From: Promethearchaeota archaeon
GTDB taxonomy: Archaea; Asgardarchaeota; Lokiarchaeia; Sigyniarchaeales; SOKP01
Assembly (NCBI GenBank): GCA_029838195.1
Contig: JALGVJ010000065.1
Span: 1 to 11,612, forward strand
Reading direction: 5' to 3'
DNA length: 11,612 nucleotides
The notes below the pieces were generated by a model, which saw nothing but the letters and a program-made list of their open reading frames with translations, did not search any database and was not told where the DNA came from. Position 1 is the stretch's first letter, and every line of letters starts with the position of its first letter. The translations under genes were made by a program, and so were the position numbers. Shown here one piece after another: positions 6,969-11,612 of this stretch.

Positions 6969-9317
6969 CTACTCATGTAATGATTTTATAATTGCTGCGA
7001 TTTCTTCATTTGAAAAATATTTTAAATTGATTGCGCCTACGGGGCAAACTCCCACGCATGCTGCACAACCTTCGCATACATCTGATATTACTTTAGACTT
7101 ATATCGAACAAGAGAAATGGAAGGATTATAGGAGTCTCTGAGAGCAGAAAATTCCATTATCTTTTCATTTCGGGTAATGGCATCAAAAACGCAAGCATCT
7201 ATGCAATCCCCGCAGCCAATACATTTATTTTCTTCAATTGAAGCTTTTGGAGTGAGGATTTTCCACCGATATTCCGTTTTTCTCCGTAAATCGTAGCAAG
7301 AAAGCCAAGCATCCCCCGACGAAAGAATCACGGTATCTACCTTAAGAGTAATGATGTTATTTGTTCCTTCATGTTCAAGAATTCTTGCCACGCATGCCTT
7401 CACGTTATCTCTGCATTCCTCGCATATCCCACATTGTAAACAACGCTTCGCTTCTTCAATGGCAGTTTTAAGATCGAAAGTTTTAGTTATTTCTTTAAAA
7501 TTATTGATCCTTTCCTTAACGGGAAGCAATTTAGCATTATTTCTTGGTTTTTTCTGAATAAATTCCACGTTGTCCATCTGATCTATTTTAATAACCCTAC
7601 TTTCCTCGTATTTAACGCCATATTCCGAACCTTGGGGTAAAGATTCTCCCTTAAGATACTTGTCAATTATGGCGGCAACCTTATTTCCACTAGCTATTGC
7701 TTTAATTGCAGAACCCGGTCCCGCAACCACTTCTCCTCCGGCAAATACGCCTTCTATGGAGGTTTGAAAATTGTCATCGACAACAATTCCCCGAGAAATT
7801 TCAATTTTGTTGTTTAAAAATTCAAGATCAGCAGCTTGACCTATGGATACAATGACCATATCGCCTTCGAAAATCTCTTCCGTACAAGCTTCTAAAACTG
7901 GATTAAATCGTCCTTGTTCATCAAATACGGAGCTACAAATTAGAGTTTCTACACCTTTTACTTTCCCATTTTCCCCTACAAAACGTTTGGGACCTCGACT
8001 CGTGTTAAAAATGATACCTTCTTCTTTTGCTTCTTGGACTTCCCACGGTTGAGCTGGAATGATATCTTCGGATTCAAGCATGATGAGTTGTACTTGTTCT
8101 GCCCCTTTTCTTAATGCGCTCCTAGCAACGTCGATGGCAACATCTCCACCTCCGATAACTATTACTTTCTTTTTTACTTCTACTTTTTCTCCCAAGCTAC
8201 ACTTTTTCAAGAAATCAATGGCATATTCTATGTTTTCCAAGTCTTCTCCTTCAATATTCAACTTTCTACTCTTTTGTAGCCCCACTCCCAGGTAGATAGC
8301 ATGAAATTCTTTTCTCAATTGCTCTAAGGATAAACCTGAATCTCCAACGGGCGTATTTGTCTTTATATTAACTCCGTAACTCTTGATGTGATTAATATCT
8401 TGCTCAATAATTTCGGGAGGTAAACGATAATTTGGTACTCCTAATCTCAACATGCCCCCCGCAACAGACTCCTTTTCAAATATCGTCACGTCATATCCCC
8501 TCCGGGCTAATTGATATGCAACGGTCAATCCCGAAGGACCTGACCCCACTACTGCCACTTTTTTATTTTTCTTCTCCTCAATGAAGCGGGGTTCTTCTTT
8601 AAAATGTTCTCTCACGTGATCTGCTACGAATCTTTTTAGCCCACAAATATTAACGGGCTCATCAATCTCGCCTCTATTGCACGCCGCTTCGCAAGGATGA
8701 TTACAAATCCGTCCGATACTGGAAGGAAGTGGACAGCGCTCTTTAATCACTTCTAGGCTTTCTTTAAAATATTTCTTTGCAATTAATGAATTATATTCTT
8801 GAGCTTCTACATGAGCAGGACATTCATGTTCGCATGGTGGGATGTATCTAGGTTCTAATAATATTTTTAGAGCCATGGTCTCGGGAAATTGGGGATAAAT
8901 TTGTTTTAACTCATTGCTCATCGTGTTATCTAGTTTAAAGGATGCTTGATCAATTATCTCCTCCATGCAAATTTCACATGATTCGCATTCTTTTCCTTCG
9001 CCTTTTTGCTCTCCTTTTCTTATTACTGCTTGAAAATGCCCTGGCTTTCCTTCTAAACTAATTACATCCGCATTCGTTATTAATTCAATATTCGGATGGT
9101 CTTTCACTCCTAAGAGCTTAGGAACAAGGAGGCACATCGAACAATCCTTAACCTGAAATCCGAGTTCGGAGCTTTTAATTGCTTCTTCCACAGAATGTCT
9201 AGTCTCTACTAGATATATCTTTAAATTGGATTTCGCTAAATCTAACGCCGCTTTACATCCTGCTATTCCAGCACCCACGATCAATACGGATTGCAATTCT
9301 GGAGTTTTATTTTCCAT
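6969..9317 (-). CDS. Truncated HdrL-like flavoprotein: HdrA N-terminal fragment + GltD/NfnB-type Fe-S/FAD/NAD(P)H oxidoreductase + HdrA-type C-terminal ferredoxin
   Basis: GAGIAG..DCSMC..HPNIELIT (HdrA-like); PPCEHECPAH..GRICNHPCEAACNRG..LKRF, VGSGPSG..GGMLRLGVPNYRLP, IGGGDVAIDVAR (GltD-like); EAKRCLQCG; C-terminal CIGCGDCIDAC and CEGCAACVGVCP. The ORF track starts at GTG 9326; ATG 9317 is preferred because GGGGTGA sits 9 nt upstream of it. Confidence 0.85.
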   Translation of the reverse strand: MENKTPELQSVLIVGAGIAGCKAALDLAKSNLKIYLVETRHSVEEAIKSSELGFQVKDCSMCLLVPKLLGVKDHPNIELITNADVISLEGKPGHFQAVIRKGEQKGEGKECESCEICMEEIIDQASFKLDNTMSNELKQIYPQFPETMALKILLEPRYIPPCEHECPAHVEAQEYNSLIAKKYFKESLEVIKERCPLPSSIGRICNHPCEAACNRGEIDEPVNICGLKRFVADHVREHFKEEPRFIEEKKNKKVAVVGSGPSGLTVAYQLARRGYDVTIFEKESVAGGMLRLGVPNYRLPPEIIEQDINHIKSYGVNIKTNTPVGDSGLSLEQLRKEFHAIYLGVGLQKSRKLNIEGEDLENIEYAIDFLKKCSLGEKVEVKKKVIVIGGGDVAIDVARSALRKGAEQVQLIMLESEDIIPAQPWEVQEAKEEGIIFNTSRGPKRFVGENGKVKGVETLICSSVFDEQGRFNPVLEACTEEIFEGDMVIVSIGQAADLEFLNNKIEISRGIVVDDNFQTSIEGVFAGGEVVAGPGSAIKAIASGNKVAAIIDKYLKGESLPQGSEYGVKYEESRVIKIDQMDNVEFIQKKPRNNAKLLPVKERINNFKEITKTFDLKTAIEEAKRCLQCGICEECRDNVKACVARILEHEGTNNIITLKVDTVILSSGDAWLSCYDLRRKTEYRWKILTPKASIEENKCIGCGDCIDACVFDAITRNEKIMEFSALRDSYNPSISLVRYKSKVISDVCEGCAACVGVCPVGAINLKYFSNEEIAAIIKSLHE

Positions 9318-9326
9318 TAGCTTCAC

Positions 9327-9333
9327 TCACCCC
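9327..9333 (-). promoter_or_regulatory. Archaeal-type Shine-Dalgarno GGGGTGA overlapping the hdrD-like stop codon
   Basis: Minus strand reads AAGGGGTGA-GTGAAGCTA-ATG; complementary to the UCACC part of the 16S 3' end. Confidence 0.6.
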
Positions 9334-10562
9334 TTGGCTCCCTCTGAGCTTCCCAAGCCCATTAATTTAGCAATTAAATTTGTAAGATCAGTTATTTTTA
9401 AATTGGCAAACTCGTCATTCTTTTCTTTCTTTTCATGAAGAAGGCACTTGTAATGAATTTGACACTTGGGGCAGGTTGTTACCAATAAATTAGCCACCTC
9501 TTTCGCCTCCATCAATCTATCTACTTGTAGAGCTTTTGACATGTCATTACAATTTATGAAACAACTCACCCCGCAACAAGGAGCATTCTCCTTGATTCTT
9601 TCCATCTCTTTAAAAATGATGCCATTTTTTTGCATGGCAGTTAAAATTTCTCGAGGAGGCTCGTAAATCTTCATGTGCCTCCCCAATCTACAAGGATCAT
9701 GATACGTAACCTTTTCATGAAAGGTTTCAGGTAATTGAAGTTCATTCTTTCTCAACTTTTCCTCAATGAGTTCAGAAAGATGAATCACATTAAAATTAAT
9801 ATCCTTGACATATTTAGGATAATCCATTTTTAACGTGCGATAACACTCCGCACAAGTAGTAACTATGGTCTCAATACCCAATTCATTGATTAATTTTACA
9901 TTATGTTCAGCCAATTTCTTAAACGTTTCATGATGCCCCTTCCAAAGAGCATCATGACCACAACATTTAATGCCTTCTATTAAAACGGGAGGCGTTTCTA
10001 ATATGGTGCTTAATATCCCAACTGTGTTGCGCAATATTTCCATCAAATTAACATCCAAATAATCAAAAACCACGTCCAAAACGGGTAAACACCCAAAAAA
10101 ATACGCAACCTTCCCTTCATGAGCAATTTCCTGCCCTTTAGGAATCATTTCCTTGGTTATTTTAAACCCACTTGAACTTTTTGCCTGAAGTTCGGTAATG
10201 ATCGTTAAAATCCCGTCATGCGTCTCTTCATATAGTCCGCCTTCGTTTATTAAATATCTCCTCGCTTTCTTAATGAATTCTATGAAATCTACTCCTTGTG
10301 GGCAGTATTCCTGGCATGTCCTGCACGTCAAGCAATATCGGAGCACCTGATCTTCAATCACGCGCTCCTTGATTCCACGACTTCCCAACTTTACAATCTG
10401 ATGAGGATTATACGGAAATTGTTCTGCCACCGGACAGGCGGATGTGCATTTTCCGCAGTGGAAGCAAGTAAATAACGTACTTGCATCATCGCTTTCAAGA
10501 AGATCTTTAATCAAATCGGAGTTAATATCATTACTCGTGATAGAATTAGAATCGCTTGGCAT
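9327..10562 (-). CDS. hdrD: HdrD-like (HdrC+HdrB-type fusion) Fe-S oxidoreductase, first gene of the operon; paralog of 540-1772
   Basis: 411 aa. CFHCGKCTSACP, CLTCRTCQEYCP, ETHDG, YFFGC..KCCGH..TTCAEC, YHDPCRLGR..PCCG..TTCPKC. SD-like GAGCGTG upstream. Confidence 0.85.
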   Translation of the reverse strand: MPSDSNSITSNDINSDLIKDLLESDDASTLFTCFHCGKCTSACPVAEQFPYNPHQIVKLGSRGIKERVIEDQVLRYCLTCRTCQEYCPQGVDFIEFIKKARRYLINEGGLYEETHDGILTIITELQAKSSSGFKITKEMIPKGQEIAHEGKVAYFFGCLPVLDVVFDYLDVNLMEILRNTVGILSTILETPPVLIEGIKCCGHDALWKGHHETFKKLAEHNVKLINELGIETIVTTCAECYRTLKMDYPKYVKDINFNVIHLSELIEEKLRKNELQLPETFHEKVTYHDPCRLGRHMKIYEPPREILTAMQKNGIIFKEMERIKENAPCCGVSCFINCNDMSKALQVDRLMEAKEVANLLVTTCPKCQIHYKCLLHEKKEKNDEFANLKITDLTNLIAKLMGLGSSEGAKG

Positions 10563-11019
10563 AATGATACACGCTCATGATTTAAAATTTTAAAAAAATA
10601 AATTTTTTTTCCAGAAGTTTCAAATAATTAAAAATGTATAATTTTTTGATAACCATGGGAATGATTTATTGCATTATCGATAGAATCGTGCTATGAATTC
10701 TTAATAAATCATGATATTCTCAATGTTATTTGATAAAAAAACTTCATGTATTTTTAATATAATGATTTTATTGTATATACTTACTTTTTAAAAAGAAAAG
10801 ATTTTGAAAGAGAGAGTTGTTCGTGAGAAATAATTGTATTTTTAAGGTAATCCTTTTTTCTGAACTCATTAAAAGCAGGAAATTATTTGGATTTTCTCTG
10901 AAAAAAAGGATTGAACGATTTTGGAATGAATGGTTCTTTTAATTTAAAAAATAGAAAAGTTAAAATGAAAAACTTTAATTATTGTTATCCTAACCTTTAA
11001 TTGAACAGAAAGATCCATC

Positions 11020-11217
11020 CTAAACTTCTCTCCATTCTGCTCCGCATTGGCCACATTTATATTTTTTTCCATACACGCGGGGGTAATCCATAATAATTTG
11101 GCTTTTATCAACCGATTCATAGATCATGTGAGGATTTTCATTATTACATTTGGGGCATTTTCTACGCCCTTCATGTTTTTCAATGGTTAGGATATCGCCC
11201 GAAGATTCTTCTCCCAT
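11020..11217 (-). CDS. Small zinc-ribbon protein (CxxC...CxxC), function unknown
   Basis: 65 aa with CPKC and CGQC pairs, good SD (GGAGTGA, 7 nt before ATG), higher GC than the flanking intergenic DNA. Confidence 0.8.
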   Translation of the reverse strand: MGEESSGDILTIEKHEGRRKCPKCNNENPHMIYESVDKSQIIMDYPRVYGKKYKCGQCGAEWREV

Positions 11218-11224
11218 ATTCTAT

Positions 11225-11231
11225 TCACTCC
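11225..11231 (-). promoter_or_regulatory. Shine-Dalgarno GGAGTGA for the zinc-ribbon gene
   Basis: Minus strand reads AAAAGGAGTGA-ATAGAAT-ATG. Confidence 0.6.
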
Positions 11232-11280
11232 TTTTACAAATAATTTTTAAATTGGTCTATAGGTTATTAATAATAATTTA

Positions 11281-11298
11281 TTTATATATATGTTTTTA
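11281..11298 (-). promoter_or_regulatory. Candidate BRE/TATA promoter for the zinc-ribbon gene
   Basis: Minus strand TAAAAACATATATATAAA (A-rich run followed by a TATA-like run) about 65 nt upstream of the ATG; the AT-rich background limits specificity. Confidence 0.35.
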
Positions 11299-11456
11299 TA
11301 CAATATTAAGAAAAAGCAAGGAATAAATATTTAGGTATTTTTTAAAGTCTATTTTATTTAGGAAAGCGTTATTTTATGAAATTCTATTAAAGTTCTGAGG
11401 TCATGACCCTTTTATTTATTTTTTTTTATGAGGTAGCAAATTAATCTCACCTCCGA

Positions 11457-11612
11457 CTAAATTGCGCCCCCGCCTTTTTTTGCTTTTTGTCGAATATACT
11501 TATTCACATCCACGTCAAATTCCCTGTATTGCTTGCTTCTTGCCCGACCAATAGCGCTTATTTCCCGCATGGCAGCGCTTAATTGGTTTCTTAGCTGTCT
11601 TATTACTTCTTC
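11457..11612 (-). CDS. 3' end of an unidentified protein-coding gene running off the window edge
   Basis: Open frame from the edge: EEVIRQLRNQLSAAMREISAIGRARSKQYREFDVDVNKYIRQKAKKGGGAI, TAG at 11457-11459; coding-like GC content and helical-looking composition. Confidence 0.65.
   Translation of the reverse strand, partial: EEVIRQLRNQLSAAMREISAIGRARSKQYREFDVDVNKYIRQKAKKGGGAI

Noticed and set aside
6969-9326. Annotation as glutamate synthase small subunit (gltD) or NfnB
   Set aside because: No gltB or nfnA neighbour in the window; HdrA-like N- and C-terminal parts and the hdr/mvhD context indicate an HdrL-type derivative.
616-9666. Short overlapping ORFs from the track (e.g. 616-801, 1082-1264, 2396-2692, 4936-5127, 5633-5824, 8059-8295, 9466-9666)
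   Set aside because: They lie antisense or off-frame within well-supported genes and have no recognisable motifs.
10563-11019. ncRNA, CRISPR array or mobile element in the long AT-rich intergenic region
   Set aside because: No regular repeats, terminal inverted repeats, GC-rich stems or tRNA-like structure are visible.
11399-11408. 10-bp palindrome GGTCATGACC
   Set aside because: Single occurrence with no supporting context; compatible with chance.

Overview
AT-rich window, probably archaeal (GGAGGTGA/GGGTGA-type Shine-Dalgarno sites, an F420-binding FrhB-family gene; a Lokiarchaeia/Asgard origin is an inference). It is almost entirely a heterodisulfide-reductase-like (Hdr) electron-transfer cluster. 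A six-gene minus-strand operon runs hdrD-like (HdrC/B-type fusion) > truncated HdrL-like (HdrA fragment with an inserted GltD/NfnB-type NAD(P)H module) > divergent mvhD > 1023-aa double-flavin hdrA > canonical mvhD > ferredoxin-FrhB (FpoF-like). A second hdrD-like paralog converges on it from the + strand. No hydrogenase (MvhA/G, FrhA/G) or formate dehydrogenase catalytic subunit and no membrane anchor is in the window. The cluster therefore looks like a soluble, hydrogenase-independent, flavin-bifurcating hub linking F420H2, NAD(H), ferredoxin and a disulfide. The first five operon genes share one reading frame and are separated by single stop codons. A 65-aa zinc-ribbon gene and the 3' end of an unidentified ORF lie at the right edge.
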